From: an uncultured Planctomycetales bacterium
Lineage (GTDB): Bacteria; Omnitrophota; Gorgyraeia; Zapsychrales; CAYRXT01
NCBI GenBank assembly: GCA_964428315.1
Contig: CAYRXT010000006.1
Span: 8,071 to 72,070, forward strand
DNA: 64,000 bases
Direction of reading: 5' to 3'
The notes beneath the pieces were generated by a model. The model was not told where the DNA came from, did no database searches, and was given only the letters and a program-made list of their open reading frames with translations. Shown piece by piece: positions 43,477 to 54,208 of the stretch. Position 1 is the stretch's first letter. Every line of letters begins with the position of its first letter. A program made the translations under genes and the position numbers.

Positions 43477-44177
43477 TGACTTTCGATATTATTACTATTT
43501 TCCCCGATATGTTTGGCCCCGTTATGAATGAGTCCATTATGAAAAGGGGACAGGACAAGGGGAAGATAACGATACGGATACATGACCTGCGTCGTTACAC
43601 GAAAGACAAACACCGGAAAGTGGACGACCGCCCCTTCGGCGGCGGGCCGGGGATGGTCATGATGGCCCAGCCGATCTATGACGCGGTCAGGAAGATCAGG
43701 GGCCGGCGCAAGGCTAAAGCGATCTTGATGACGCCCGCCGGACGAAGGCTTGACCAGAAGATGGTCAAGGAACTGGCTCGGGAAAAGAATTTGATCATTT
43801 TATGCGGACATTATGAAGGGATCGATGAAAGGGTCCGGGAACTGGTTGCCGATGAGAGCGTCTCTATCGGTGATTACGTGTTGACGGGCGGAGAGATTGC
43901 GGCCATGGTGCTTCTCGATTCTGTGGCGAGGCTTGTTCCCGGCGTGGTCGGAAAGGCCTCTTCCCTGACACAGGAGAGTTTTGAAGGGGACCTGTTGGAG
44001 TATCCGCATTACACCCGCCCAGCAAATTTTCTTGGAAAGAAAGCCCCAAATGTGTTATTATCGGGGAATCATAAAGAGATTGAAAAGTGGCGCAAGGCGG
44101 TAGCCGTGAAACGGACCAGATCGCTGAGGCCGGATCTCATCAAAAGGAAAGGCCGAAACAGAAATAATTCGTTGTGA
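43476..44177 (+). CDS. trmD: tRNA (guanine37-N1)-methyltransferase
   Basis: 233 aa. SPOUT fold with FGGGPGMVM and GHYEGIDERV motifs. Confidence 0.9.
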
Positions 44178-44545
44178 GGAGGTTTAAGATGTCTAACGTG
44201 CAGGCGACACTGAAGATGATCGAAAAAAATCATATGAGGGAAGATCTTCCTGATTTTCATGTCGGCGATACGGTCAAGATGAAAGTCAAGGTGCAGGAAG
44301 CGGACAAAATGAGACTGCATCCTTTTGAAGGCATCGTCATTCGCAAGACCGGCAGAGGCCAACGAGGCACCTTCACGGTCAGGAAGATCTCTTATGGGGA
44401 GGGGGTCGAAAGGGTATTCCCTCTGCATTCACCGGTTATTGAGAGCCTCGAGGTCGTGAGTCAGGGCATCATCAAAAGAGCCCGTCTTTACTATTTACGC
44501 GGCCGTCAAGGTAAAAAGGCTCGAGTCCGCAAAAAGATCACCTGA
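44174..44545 (+). CDS. rplS: 50S ribosomal protein L19
   Basis: 123 aa (start may be Met6 at 44189). trmD-rplS adjacency and the FHVGDTV motif. Confidence 0.9.
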   Translation: MRRFKMSNVQATLKMIEKNHMREDLPDFHVGDTVKMKVKVQEADKMRLHPFEGIVIRKTGRGQRGTFTVRKISYGEGVERVFPLHSPVIESLEVVSQGIIKRARLYYLRGRQGKKARVRKKIT

Positions 44546-44652
44546 CGCACCGGCCTCACGAACATCTCCAAGAGGGCATTGAATCGGCCCACGGGATCGA
44601 AGCCTCCTCTATATAATTATCCCAAATCTAGCGGGCCAGCCGAACAGGGCGT

Positions 44653-45303
44653 ATGCTCTATCACGAAAGAAAGGCAAGACAAGAAGGATTTATTTTGCTT
44701 GTGGGGGTGGATGAATCCGGCCGTGGCCCCCTGGCCGGTCCCGTCGTTTCAGCAGCTGTTTGCCTCAGGCGCAAGACCTTCCGGAACAGGATCAACGATT
44801 CAAAACGCTTGTCGGCCCTGCAGCGGGAAAAGGCCTTTTACGAAATTCACAATAAGGCCTATGTGGGGCTGGGCATCATCAACGAGAGCGTGATCGACGC
44901 GGTCAATATATCCCGGGCCACGTTCTTATCCATGGAACGGGCGGTTGCGCATTGCCTTACAAAGATAGCCGCCGCTCAGGGCAGAACAAAACTTTCTAAC
45001 CGGACAGTATGCCTGTTGGTCGACGGGCTTTATTTTCAAAGCAGTCTGCCTTATGCCTGCCGGACACTCGTGAACGGCGACAGCAGATCTTTGTCGATCG
45101 CCTGCGCGTCCATCGTCGCTAAGGTGACTCGCGACCGCATTTTGGACATGTATGACAAGGTCTTTCCCCAGTACGGATTCGGACGGCACAAGGGCTACGC
45201 GACACGAAGTCATCGCCTGGCATGTCAACGCTTCGGTCCTTCGATGATCCATCGTGCGACATTCCGCTCTTCCGGGATGCCGGAAGCGAAAACAGAACTT
45301 TAA
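44653..45303 (+). CDS. rnhB: Ribonuclease HII
   Basis: 216 aa. GVDESGRGPLAGPVV active-site motif. Confidence 0.85.
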   Translation: MLYHERKARQEGFILLVGVDESGRGPLAGPVVSAAVCLRRKTFRNRINDSKRLSALQREKAFYEIHNKAYVGLGIINESVIDAVNISRATFLSMERAVAHCLTKIAAAQGRTKLSNRTVCLLVDGLYFQSSLPYACRTLVNGDSRSLSIACASIVAKVTRDRILDMYDKVFPQYGFGRHKGYATRSHRLACQRFGPSMIHRATFRSSGMPEAKTEL

Positions 45304-45373
45304 CAGTTCATCGTTTCACGATAAAGAACTTGAGACAGCGGGCGGGCGGATTGCATTCGGAAGGAAATCCCGC

Positions 45374-45754
45374 ATGAAGGATTTTAAGAAGTTCGGGGCG
45401 GAAGGAGAAGGCGAGGCATCGGCCTTCCTGCAGAGACACGGCTACCGTATTCTTGAGACAAATTTCCGCACGAAGACCAGTGAAGTGGACATCATCGCCC
45501 GGCAGGGCGAGGTCTACTGTTTTGTTGAAGTCAAATCCCGGCGGTCGGCGAGATTCGGTTCGGCCCTGGAAACCGTCAAGACATCGAAACAAAGACAGAT
45601 CGCGAGGGCGGCCCTGCAGTACATACAGCGCCACAAGCTGTTCAAACAGCCGGTACGCTTTGACGTTGTTATTGTGACCCGGGATCCCGCGGGCCATAGC
45701 CGGCTGGAACTCATCCCCGACGCGTTTGAGACGGACATCCGCTATGCCTATTGA
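45374..45754 (+). CDS. yraN: YraN-family (UPF0102) endonuclease
   Basis: 126 aa from Met at 45374. GE(x)AA...LE...FVEVK...D pattern. The canonical rnhB-yraN pairing supports the call. Confidence 0.75.
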   Translation: MKDFKKFGAEGEGEASAFLQRHGYRILETNFRTKTSEVDIIARQGEVYCFVEVKSRRSARFGSALETVKTSKQRQIARAALQYIQRHKLFKQPVRFDVVIVTRDPAGHSRLELIPDAFETDIRYAY

Positions 45755-45829
45755 AATTTCTCGAATAAGGCTTGAGAGGGAAATCCCTTTGCTATATCAT
45801 TGATTTGGATGTAAGCCTTTCGTTCACCC

Positions 45830-46315
45830 ATGAAGAATCTTGAAACTTTCTCGCTCCAACGCTATGTTGACGCCTTGTCTTCGCGGCAGCCTGTCCCCGG
45901 AGGGGGATCCGCAGCCGCCTTGGTCGGTGCCCTGGGTGCGGGACTGATTGTCATGGCGGCGGAATATTCCCTCAGAAAAGGCAAGTCGAGATCCGTCGAG
46001 AAACGCATCAGAGACATTCTAAAAGAAGCACTGCGCCTGCGCCGGCGCCTCATGAAGCTTGTGGATCTTGACGCCCGCGCCTATATGAATTTTGTGAAGA
46101 CAAGAAAGGCTGCGCTGAAGAAAAGACAGGCGGCGCAGAAAAAAGCGCGTGATATTCCCCTGGAAACATGCTGTCTGTGTTATGAAGCTATCGCCCTGAC
46201 ACCGGATTTGATCAAGCTCGGCAATACAAACCTTATCAGCGATGTAGAGGTGGCTGTGGAATTTTTGTGGGCGGCGTACAATGCGGCCATGATCAACGTG
46301 AGGGTCAACACATGA
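45830..46315 (+). CDS. Cyclodeaminase/cyclohydrolase-family protein (FTCD C-terminal-like; methenyl-THF cyclohydrolase-like)
   Basis: 161 aa. Helical domain beginning GGGSAAALVGALGAGL, characteristic of the FTCD_C family. Immediately upstream of folD. Confidence 0.7.
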   Translation: MKNLETFSLQRYVDALSSRQPVPGGGSAAALVGALGAGLIVMAAEYSLRKGKSRSVEKRIRDILKEALRLRRRLMKLVDLDARAYMNFVKTRKAALKKRQAAQKKARDIPLETCCLCYEAIALTPDLIKLGNTNLISDVEVAVEFLWAAYNAAMINVRVNT

Positions 46316-47187
46316 GCGCTCAACTGCTAGACGGGAGGGAACTGGCCGAAGAGATTCGGGATCAGCTTAAAGCGCAGGCCGAGAGGCTGTTCCAGGAATA
46401 CCGCCAGAGGCCGAGGGTCGTCAACATCAAGACAGGAGAGGACCTCGGGGCCACCGCCTATGCGAATTCGCAGAGGCGGGCCGCCGAAAGCATTGGTATT
46501 GATTATTGTCTGGAGACACAGCCGGAGGGTATCCGCCAGGAGGACCTAATCGCGCGCATCCACGAATTGAATAGGGACAAGGATATCCATGGGATCATGC
46601 TGCACAAACCCCTGCCGCCGCATCTGGATTATTCCCGGATTGCCAACCATGTCCATACGGCCAAAGATTTAGAGGGGATAAACGTGTCCAACATCGGGCG
46701 CATGATTCTGGGAAAAAGCAATCTTATACCGTGCACGCCCGCTGCGGTTATGGCCCATATTCATTCAACGGGTGAGAAGATTTACGGAAAAGAGACGGTT
46801 ATCGTCGGCCATAGTGAAATCGTCGGCAAACCCCTGAGCATGCTTCTGTTGAGGGAGCTGGCCACGGTGACGGTCTGTCATGTCGCGACCTATGAAGCCG
46901 GATATTTGATCGACCATATCCGCCGGGCCGATATCTTGGTCGTCGCTGTCGGCAAAGCCGGGCTGGTGAAAGGCGAATGGATCAAGTCGGGTTCGACCGT
47001 TATCGACGTGGGCATCAATCAAATCGGCGGCAAATTTCTCGGCGATGTGGAATTCCATGAGGCCCGGGACAGGGCCTCTTATATCACGCCCGTTCCCGGC
47101 GGCGTGGGACCGGTTACGGTGGTGATGTTGATGAAAAACGCCCTGGAGGCGTTCAAGTTGCAGATGGGGCAGGCGGGGGAAGAATGA
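46312..47187 (+). CDS. folD: Bifunctional methylene-THF dehydrogenase / methenyl-THF cyclohydrolase
   Basis: 291 aa from Met at 46312. YxxSxxK-type region, the IGRMILGKSNLIPCTPAAV motif, and GGVGPVT near the C-terminus. Confidence 0.9.
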   Translation: MSAQLLDGRELAEEIRDQLKAQAERLFQEYRQRPRVVNIKTGEDLGATAYANSQRRAAESIGIDYCLETQPEGIRQEDLIARIHELNRDKDIHGIMLHKPLPPHLDYSRIANHVHTAKDLEGINVSNIGRMILGKSNLIPCTPAAVMAHIHSTGEKIYGKETVIVGHSEIVGKPLSMLLLRELATVTVCHVATYEAGYLIDHIRRADILVVAVGKAGLVKGEWIKSGSTVIDVGINQIGGKFLGDVEFHEARDRASYITPVPGGVGPVTVVMLMKNALEAFKLQMGQAGEE

Positions 47188-48506
47188 AGAGGATACTGAT
47201 CGCCGGGAATTCGCCGGCGGCGGCGAGTTTTATCGAAGAACTCCGGCAGAGGGATCAGGACAGCGAGGTGACCCTCTTTTCTATGGAGGACCGGCTTCCG
47301 TGCCAGCGGCATCTCTTTGGCGATTTTCTCGCTCAGAATGTGACGGAAGACGAGCTGATGTGCCGCGACAATGAATTTTACGCGCGCCATCAGGTGAACG
47401 TGATTACGGGGAAAAAAGCAGTACGCTTCGATTTCAAGAAGAACCGGCTGGTCGGGGAGAACAGGGAGTATTTCGGTTACGATATCCTGGTTATCGTTGA
47501 TGCCCCGAGTTTTCGTTTTCCCGATATCCGCGGCACGAATAAGGACGGCGTGTTCAATTTCCGCCGCTGGCATGATATCAGAAGGATAGCCGGCCAGGCA
47601 CCGCTGATCGATACGGCGAGCGTTCAATCAGCCGGGCTGTCCGGATTAAAAGCCGCCTATGGCTTGCGTAAACGAGACAAGGAAGTCTTCCTCGTCGTGC
47701 CGGGACCGACGATATTGACGCATCTCATCGATGCGCAGTGTGCCCGGGTGATCGAGGGATATCTGGAAGGGCGGGGGATACAGATTATCCGTCAGAATTC
47801 GTTAAATCAGATTATGGGCGATGGTGACGTTAAAGCCATCCGGCTGGCCTCGGGAAAGGTCATGGCATCCCAGATGGTGCTTTTCACGGACATCCTTCCC
47901 GATTTGCGGGTTTTTTCGGACACCCCGCTGGAGCTTTCGCAGGGTATTGTTGTCAACGAGGATTGCCGAAGTCACATCGACAACGTGTACGCCCTGGACT
48001 GGGTTTGTCAAAAACACTTTCCCAAAGCGGTGGACGATTATGAATTATCTGCTTTATGGCTTGATCCGGCGGGAAGGAGACTGGCCGGATTTCTGAGCGG
48101 CCAGGATGAGAAAGAGGCTGGTTGTCTTCGCGACCTTCCCTTGACGTTGTTTGATATGAAAATCCGGATTATGGGAGATGTCATGCTGGCTAAGGCCGAT
48201 GTGTTCGAAAACGGAGACAGGCGGGCCTTATGCAAACTTTATTTCAGCGCGGGGTGTCTCCGCGGCGCCGTTCTCATCAACTGCGCGTTTTGTCCCGACC
48301 CCCTCAAAGAGATGATTGAAAGAGGCCGAACAACAATGGCTGAAGCGCGGACCTTTATTGAACGGACCGCGGGTGGGGACCTTTGTTCAAATGCGGCCTC
48401 TGCTGTGCTTGGGCTGGAGAGGACAGATATTTATCCCGTTAGTGGTGGGTGGGAAACGGCGTTTTCGAGAGATGACGGCATGCCGAGCGGGGACGACATG
48501 ACATGA
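47184..48506 (+). CDS. Pyridine nucleotide-disulfide oxidoreductase-like protein with degenerate FAD/NAD(P)-binding glycine motifs
   Basis: 440 aa. A Rossmann-like start, ILIAGNSPAAA, stands in place of the GxGxxG motif. A second dinucleotide-fold region reads GLSGLKAAYGL. The architecture resembles NADH oxidase / nitrite reductase large subunit proteins. Confidence 0.45.
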   Translation: MKRILIAGNSPAAASFIEELRQRDQDSEVTLFSMEDRLPCQRHLFGDFLAQNVTEDELMCRDNEFYARHQVNVITGKKAVRFDFKKNRLVGENREYFGYDILVIVDAPSFRFPDIRGTNKDGVFNFRRWHDIRRIAGQAPLIDTASVQSAGLSGLKAAYGLRKRDKEVFLVVPGPTILTHLIDAQCARVIEGYLEGRGIQIIRQNSLNQIMGDGDVKAIRLASGKVMASQMVLFTDILPDLRVFSDTPLELSQGIVVNEDCRSHIDNVYALDWVCQKHFPKAVDDYELSALWLDPAGRRLAGFLSGQDEKEAGCLRDLPLTLFDMKIRIMGDVMLAKADVFENGDRRALCKLYFSAGCLRGAVLINCAFCPDPLKEMIERGRTTMAEARTFIERTAGGDLCSNAASAVLGLERTDIYPVSGGWETAFSRDDGMPSGDDMT

Positions 48507-48606
48507 AGGGGGCAATAATTGCGCAATGCAACAAGGGAAGGCCAGAGATGAGATTTTTCTTGCAATATATTATCCTATATACTATTCTAGGCATGGGAAG
48601 GAATCA

Positions 48607-49443
48607 GTGAAAACCGTTAGATTCTTCTGTACACTTCTAATCTTCATTTTCTCGTTTAATACCTTTCAAAGCTCCGTTAATGCCGGTCAAATAGAAAAAG
48701 CCGCACAGGACTATCGTCAACAGGCCTATGAAGAGCAGGAAAAGGGTAATCTGAACGAGGCGTTGGCGCTTTATACGAAAGCGGAATCTCTAGGTGCAGG
48801 CGGTGCCGACTTTTTTAACGATGTAGGCGTCGTTTACGAGCAGCTGGGGATGACAGAAAAGGCCGAGACCAGTTATCTTAAGGCCATTCAAGAAGATAAA
48901 GGCTTCCTCCCGGCATATACCAATCTGGGTTATCTTTATAAAAATGAAGGAGACTTCGCGCGCGCCGCGGAGTTTTTTAAACAGCGGGCGGAATGGGGAT
49001 CGCCGGGTGATGCCTGGACCGTTCGGTCCCAGGAGGAACTGGATGCGCTTTCCGAAAAAGTCCCTTCCCTGCGGGCCTATCTGTTGAGGCGCAAAGCCGC
49101 CGATCTGACCCGGGAAGTGAATCAGAAAAAACAGGAAGAATTTTACCGCAAGGTCGCTCTGGCCAAGAAACATTTCACTATGGCCCAGGAATACGAAAAG
49201 AAAGAGAGATTCAGCCGGGCGATCGACGAATACACGCGAGCCCTCTCCTTGATGCCGGAAAACCCGAAACTCATCCAGGCGCGGAAGAAGGCCGAATTGG
49301 AATGGACGAAACGTAAGGTCAAACAACATACCGAATACGCCTTACGCTGGTTAGAATTGGGGGATACCTTGTCAGCCAAACTGGAATTCCGTAAAATACT
49401 CTCCATTATTCCCGACGAACCGATCTTTCTGTCTGAACAATAA
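48607..49443 (+). CDS. Secreted tetratricopeptide-repeat (TPR) protein
   Basis: A GTG start at 48607 gives a signal-peptide-like N-terminus (VKTVRFFCTLLIFIFSFNTFQSSVNAG) after RBS GGAAGGA. Several TPR units follow (ALALYTKAESLG..., AYTNLGYLYKNEGDFARAAEFF). The track ORF begins at 48526. Confidence 0.65.
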   Translation: MKTVRFFCTLLIFIFSFNTFQSSVNAGQIEKAAQDYRQQAYEEQEKGNLNEALALYTKAESLGAGGADFFNDVGVVYEQLGMTEKAETSYLKAIQEDKGFLPAYTNLGYLYKNEGDFARAAEFFKQRAEWGSPGDAWTVRSQEELDALSEKVPSLRAYLLRRKAADLTREVNQKKQEEFYRKVALAKKHFTMAQEYEKKERFSRAIDEYTRALSLMPENPKLIQARKKAELEWTKRKVKQHTEYALRWLELGDTLSAKLEFRKILSIIPDEPIFLSEQ

Positions 49444-49484
49444 TCAAACCTTTCACATAGACATAGCCTTGACGATGAAAACCG

Positions 49485-52049
49485 ATGCCTGCTGCCACAT
49501 TATTTCTAATTGACGCGCATGCCCTCTGTTATCGTTCTTATTTTGCCATTCGTCATTTGTCGACAAGTTACGGACAGGCCACGAATGCCGTGTATGGCTT
49601 TGTGAGCACGCTGAGAAAGATCCTGCGTGATTGTCAGCCCGATTATGCGGCGGCGTGTTTCGATGTGGGCAAAAAAACCTTCCGGCAGGAACGCTACGGG
49701 GACTACAAGCTCCACCGCCCCCCGATGCCCGACGATCTTTCCAGCCAGATCCCTTTGATCAAGCATGTGATCGCGGCCTACAGGATCCCGGTTTTCGAAC
49801 TGGAAGGATTTGAGGCGGACGATATCATCGCCACGATCGCCGGGAAGGTCGATAAGAAGAGACTCAAGGTGATGATCGTCAGCGGAGACAAAGATATGAT
49901 TCAGCTGGTTGACACCAACATAAAGATCCTTCATCCCGGAAAAGATCTGGTGGTGGACGGGGCCGCGGTCAAGACGCAATACGGGTTCCCTCCCGAGAGG
50001 ATCGTTGATTTTATCGCCCTTTCGGGTGACAAGACGGATAACATACCCGGCGTTAACGGTATTGGAGACGTTACGGCCAAGAAGCTTATCAAACAGTACG
50101 GGCGGCTTGAGGATGTCCTCAACAAGATCGACGAGGTCACGCCTATCAAGCTGCGCGAAAAACTGAGGGATCAAAAGGAACAGGCGCTCTTTTCCCGTGA
50201 GTTGGCCGCGCTGGATCGTAATGTTCCCATTCAGTTTGATCTGGATCAGATGAAGGTTCGTGAACCCGACAAGAAACGTCTGTTCGCCCTGTTTCAAAAA
50301 CTGGAATTTCATAAGCTCCTCGAAGCGATAGAGGACGACCGCCCTGCGATTGAAGAAGGCAAATCCGTTGCGGTCGCCGATGCCTCCGGGATAGACGATT
50401 TTGTGGAATCCGCCCGGAAGAATAAGGTCTTCGCCTTCTGGCTCGATCATGCCGATGATAAGGAGGCCTTGTTTGAGGATATCTGGCTGGCCACTTTGCC
50501 TAAAGGAGTATGGCGTCTGAATATGTCAGAGAAAGAGCCCCTGAGGGAGGTGTTTTCCGACAAGGACATCCTCAAGGTCTGCCATGGCGCAAAAGAGGCG
50601 ATGAACTATTTTGAGCAGCACGGGTTGCCTATGAGCCGGGAACTTTTTGACGTAGGGATCGCGGGGTATCTTATCAGCCCTTCTCAGGGGCGATACGATA
50701 TCGACACCCTAACGTGGACCTTCCTGAAAAGGCGTATGCCCTCGGGCGGCGGGACGCGGCAGGTGCGGTCTCTCATAGAATTATACGGGGTGCTTCGCAA
50801 AGAACTGGAAGCCCGGGCCCTTTGGCAGCTCTTCGAGGATATTGAAATGCCGCTGGCACGCGTCCTTTGCCGCATAGAGTCCGAAGGCGTTCGGATAGAC
50901 AGAAAACTCTTGAAGACGCTGTCCGGCGAATGTCAGACGAAGATCGGAAAACTTGAAAAGGAGCTGTACAGGTTGTCCGGAGGGGAGTTCAATCTGAATT
51001 CGCCCAAACAGTTGAGCCGGGTACTGTTTGATAAACTCAAACTGCCTGCCCTTAAAAAGACAAAAACCGGTTTTTCCACGGATGAAGGCGTTTTGCTCAA
51101 GCTGTCCGAAAAACATAAAGTCCCCAAGCTTATCCTAGAATACCGGCAGCTGGCCAAGCTGAAATCAACCTATATTGACGCCTTGCCCAGGCTTGCCGAT
51201 CCCGAAACGGACAGGATCCATACGACGTTTCTCCAGACCGGAACGGAGACCGGACGGCTGAGTTCCAAGAACCCCAATCTGCAGAATATCCCCGTCCGCA
51301 CCGAACTGGGTAGGCAGATACGGCGGGCCTTTATCGCTTCAACGCGCAGACATTTGATCCTCTCGGCGGATTATTCACAGATCGAACTGAGGATCCTGGC
51401 TCACCTCTCGGACGATCCCGACATGAAAAGGGCATTCAAGCGCGATGAAGATATTCACGCCTACACGGCGTCTTTGATCTTTGATGTGAAGGAAGGGGAT
51501 GTGACGGCTCAGATGCGCAATACGGCCAAGCGGGTGAATTTCGGCATCATTTACGGGATGAGCGCCTTCGGACTGGCCAAGGACCTGAATATATCCACGG
51601 TTGAGGCCCAGGCCTTCATCGACAAGTATTTTTTGCGTTACCCGCGCGTCAAAAAATTCATGGACGAGCAGATCCGTCAGGCTGAACAATCGGGTTATGT
51701 CCTTACCCTCTTGAACCGCCGGCGGTATATCCCTGAAATTCATAACACCAACATGGCGGTGCGCCAGTTTGCCCAGAGGCAGGCCATTAACACCCCTGTG
51801 CAGGGCTCGGCGGCCGACCTGATCAAATTGGCGATGATCGACATTCAGGGAGAGCTTGAATCCCGGGGCCTCCAGACACGAATGATCATAACGGTTCACG
51901 ATGAACTTGTTTTTGATGTCCCGGAGGAAGAGAGAACTGCGGTCATCGCTCTGGTCCGTCATCATATGGAAACGCCTCTCCCGTTATCGGTTCCTGTTAA
52001 GGTTTCGATCAAGGCAGGGGACAATTGGCTGGAAATCGAAACAGTATAG
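49485..52049 (+). CDS. polA: DNA polymerase I
   Basis: 854 aa. 5'-3' exonuclease N-terminus, then a family-A polymerase domain with motifs DYSQIELR and QVHDELV. Confidence 0.95.
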   Translation: MPAATLFLIDAHALCYRSYFAIRHLSTSYGQATNAVYGFVSTLRKILRDCQPDYAAACFDVGKKTFRQERYGDYKLHRPPMPDDLSSQIPLIKHVIAAYRIPVFELEGFEADDIIATIAGKVDKKRLKVMIVSGDKDMIQLVDTNIKILHPGKDLVVDGAAVKTQYGFPPERIVDFIALSGDKTDNIPGVNGIGDVTAKKLIKQYGRLEDVLNKIDEVTPIKLREKLRDQKEQALFSRELAALDRNVPIQFDLDQMKVREPDKKRLFALFQKLEFHKLLEAIEDDRPAIEEGKSVAVADASGIDDFVESARKNKVFAFWLDHADDKEALFEDIWLATLPKGVWRLNMSEKEPLREVFSDKDILKVCHGAKEAMNYFEQHGLPMSRELFDVGIAGYLISPSQGRYDIDTLTWTFLKRRMPSGGGTRQVRSLIELYGVLRKELEARALWQLFEDIEMPLARVLCRIESEGVRIDRKLLKTLSGECQTKIGKLEKELYRLSGGEFNLNSPKQLSRVLFDKLKLPALKKTKTGFSTDEGVLLKLSEKHKVPKLILEYRQLAKLKSTYIDALPRLADPETDRIHTTFLQTGTETGRLSSKNPNLQNIPVRTELGRQIRRAFIASTRRHLILSADYSQIELRILAHLSDDPDMKRAFKRDEDIHAYTASLIFDVKEGDVTAQMRNTAKRVNFGIIYGMSAFGLAKDLNISTVEAQAFIDKYFLRYPRVKKFMDEQIRQAEQSGYVLTLLNRRRYIPEIHNTNMAVRQFAQRQAINTPVQGSAADLIKLAMIDIQGELESRGLQTRMIITVHDELVFDVPEEERTAVIALVRHHMETPLPLSVPVKVSIKAGDNWLEIETV

Positions 52050-52053
52050 CATC

Positions 52054-52656
52054 ATGATGGTCGTCGGCATAACCGGAGGATTCGGGACCGGCAAGACGAC
52101 CGTGGCCCGTATGTTGTCCCGGCGGGGTGCCCGGTTGATCGAGGCTGATAAAATCGCCCATGCGCTTTTACGGCCGGGGAGCGGATGTTACCGGAAAGTC
52201 CTGGAGGCCTTTGGGCGGGACATTTTAAAAGAGAAGGCCATCGACCGAAGCGCACTGGCCCGGAAGGTATTCACTGATGCGAGGGCGTTGAAACGCCTGA
52301 CGGATATCATCCATCCCCGCGTGATTTCCGAGATCAAGCGAGAGATCGGAAATTATAAAAGGTCGGGGCACAGTGGAATCGCGGTCATTGATGCGCCGCT
52401 TCTTTTCGAAACAGGTTTAGATAGAGTCGCGGACACCGTTGTTGTCGTACGGGCCGACCGGCAGGCGCAGATCGACCGTCTGAAAAAGCGGCAGCGTATC
52501 AGCCGAGAGGAAATATTGAGGCGGGTGCGGCAACAAATGACTGTGCGCGAAAAGTTAAGACGGGCCGATGTCATCATCGACAATCGGGGCACCAAAAATC
52601 AAACGGAAAAACAAGTGAAGGCCTTATGGGAAAGACTTCAGAGAAGACTGTCATGA
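52054..52656 (+). CDS. coaE: Dephospho-CoA kinase
   Basis: 200 aa from Met at 52054 (the track ORF starts inside polA). P-loop [12 protein letters not shown], and the canonical polA-coaE position. Confidence 0.85.
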   Translation: MMVVGITGGFGTGKTTVARMLSRRGARLIEADKIAHALLRPGSGCYRKVLEAFGRDILKEKAIDRSALARKVFTDARALKRLTDIIHPRVISEIKREIGNYKRSGHSGIAVIDAPLLFETGLDRVADTVVVVRADRQAQIDRLKKRQRISREEILRRVRQQMTVREKLRRADVIIDNRGTKNQTEKQVKALWERLQRRLS

Positions 52657-52682
52657 AAGACAATCAAAGGGGGAAAAAAACC

Positions 52683-53957
52683 ATGTCAAAGACGATTGGT
52701 CAAGTGGACATCAGTAAACTCAAAGACATGAAGATGGCCGAATTGACGAAGTTGGCCAAGGAAATGAATATCAACGGGATCAGCGGCATGAAAAAACAGG
52801 ATCTCATTTTCAAGATCCTGCAGGGTCAGGCCGAAAAAGAAGGGCTCATGTTCGGGGCCGGGACTTTGGAAATCCTGCAGGAAGGTTTTGGATTTCTGAG
52901 AAGCGCCAATTACAATTATCTTCCCTGTCCCGACGATATTTATGTCTCCCCTTCACAGATACGTAAGTTCAATTTAAAGACGGGAGACCATGTCAGCGGC
53001 CAGATCCGTCCGCCCAAGGAGGGTGAGAAATACTTTGCCCTTTTGAAGGTCGAGGCGGTGAATTTCGAGAATCCCGAGGCCGCTAAGGATAAAATTCTTT
53101 TCGACAATTTGACGCCTCTTTATCCTTACGAGCGTTTGGTCCTTGAGACAAAGCCCCAGGAATTGTCGATGCGGGTTATGGACCTTTTGACCCCATTGGG
53201 AAAAGGACAGAGGGGGCTCATTGTCGCTCAACCCTACAGCGGGAAGACCGTTTTGCTTCAGAAAACGGCCAATTCGATCACCAACAATTATCCGGAGGTT
53301 TATTTGATCATCCTGCTCATTGACGAGCGTCCCGAGGAGGTCACGGACATGCAGCGCAATGTCAACGCGGAGGTGATCTCTTCGACCTTCGACGAACCCG
53401 CCGAGCGGCATGTCCAGATCGCCGAGATCGTGCTCGAGAAGGCCAAGCGTCTGGTCGAACACAAGAGGGACGTGGTGATTCTCCTGGACAGCATCACGCG
53501 CCTGGCGCGAGCCTATAACACGGTGGTGCCTCACAGCGGAAAGATCCTGTCCGGCGGTGTGGACTCCAATGCCTTGCATAAACCCAAGCGGTTTTTTGGG
53601 GCGGCCCGCGCGCTGGAAGAAGGCGGCAGCCTGACGATCATCGCTACCGCCCTGGTGGAGACTGGCAGCCGCATGGACGAGGTCATCTTTGAAGAATTCA
53701 AAGGAACGGGAAATATGGAGATCCAGCTGGACAGGTCTCTGTTTCAGCGCCGCATTTATCCGGCCATCGACATCAAGCGTTCCAACACCCGGCGGGAGGA
53801 ACTGCTGGTGGAAGAAGAGGAATTACAGCGCGTATGGCTGCTGCGCAAGGTCCTCAATGACCTCAATTCGGCTGAAGCGGTGGAGCTCTTGATTGACAAG
53901 ATGAGGAACTTTAAAACGAACAAGGAATTTTTGGAGAACATGAATAAAATAAGTTAA
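52683..53957 (+). CDS. rho: Transcription termination factor Rho
   Basis: ~424 aa. N-terminal domain, CSD-like RNA-binding region (GFGFLR), Walker A and the RecA-like core. Confidence 0.9.
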   Translation: MSKTIGQVDISKLKDMKMAELTKLAKEMNINGISGMKKQDLIFKILQGQAEKEGLMFGAGTLEILQEGFGFLRSANYNYLPCPDDIYVSPSQIRKFNLKTGDHVSGQIRPPKEGEKYFALLKVEAVNFENPEAAKDKILFDNLTPLYPYERLVLETKPQELSMRVMDLLTPLGKGQRGLIVAQPYSGKTVLLQKTANSITNNYPEVYLIILLIDERPEEVTDMQRNVNAEVISSTFDEPAERHVQIAEIVLEKAKRLVEHKRDVVILLDSITRLARAYNTVVPHSGKILSGGVDSNALHKPKRFFGAARALEEGGSLTIIATALVETGSRMDEVIFEEFKGTGNMEIQLDRSLFQRRIYPAIDIKRSNTRREELLVEEEELQRVWLLRKVLNDLNSAEAVELLIDKMRNFKTNKEFLENMNKIS

Positions 53958-53980
53958 AGATGAGCTAAAAGGAGGACACC

Positions 53981-54190
53981 ATGAAATCCGGTATTCATCC
54001 CAAATACGAGGAGACCACCATCACCTGCTCTTGCGGTGAGGTCATTCACACGCGTTCAACGAAAAAAAACATGCGCGTGGAAATCTGTTCGCAATGCCAT
54101 CCTTTTTTTACTGGCGACAAAAAATTTGTCGACACGGCAGGCCGGATCGACCGGTTTGAAAAGCGCTACGGGAAGAAGAAAGCCAAATGA
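53981..54190 (+). CDS. rpmE: 50S ribosomal protein L31
   Basis: 69 aa. MKxGIHPxY start and a Cys4 zinc-ribbon (CSCG...CSQCHPFF). Confidence 0.9.
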   Translation: MKSGIHPKYEETTITCSCGEVIHTRSTKKNMRVEICSQCHPFFTGDKKFVDTAGRIDRFEKRYGKKKAK

Positions 54191-54208
54191 TCCCCCCGGG
54201 CAGGCCTT

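Noticed and set aside
44579-44893. 104-aa + strand ORF overlapping the rnhB start in another frame
   Set aside because: rnhB in the other frame carries the GVDESGRGPLAGPV active-site motif, and this ORF has no features.
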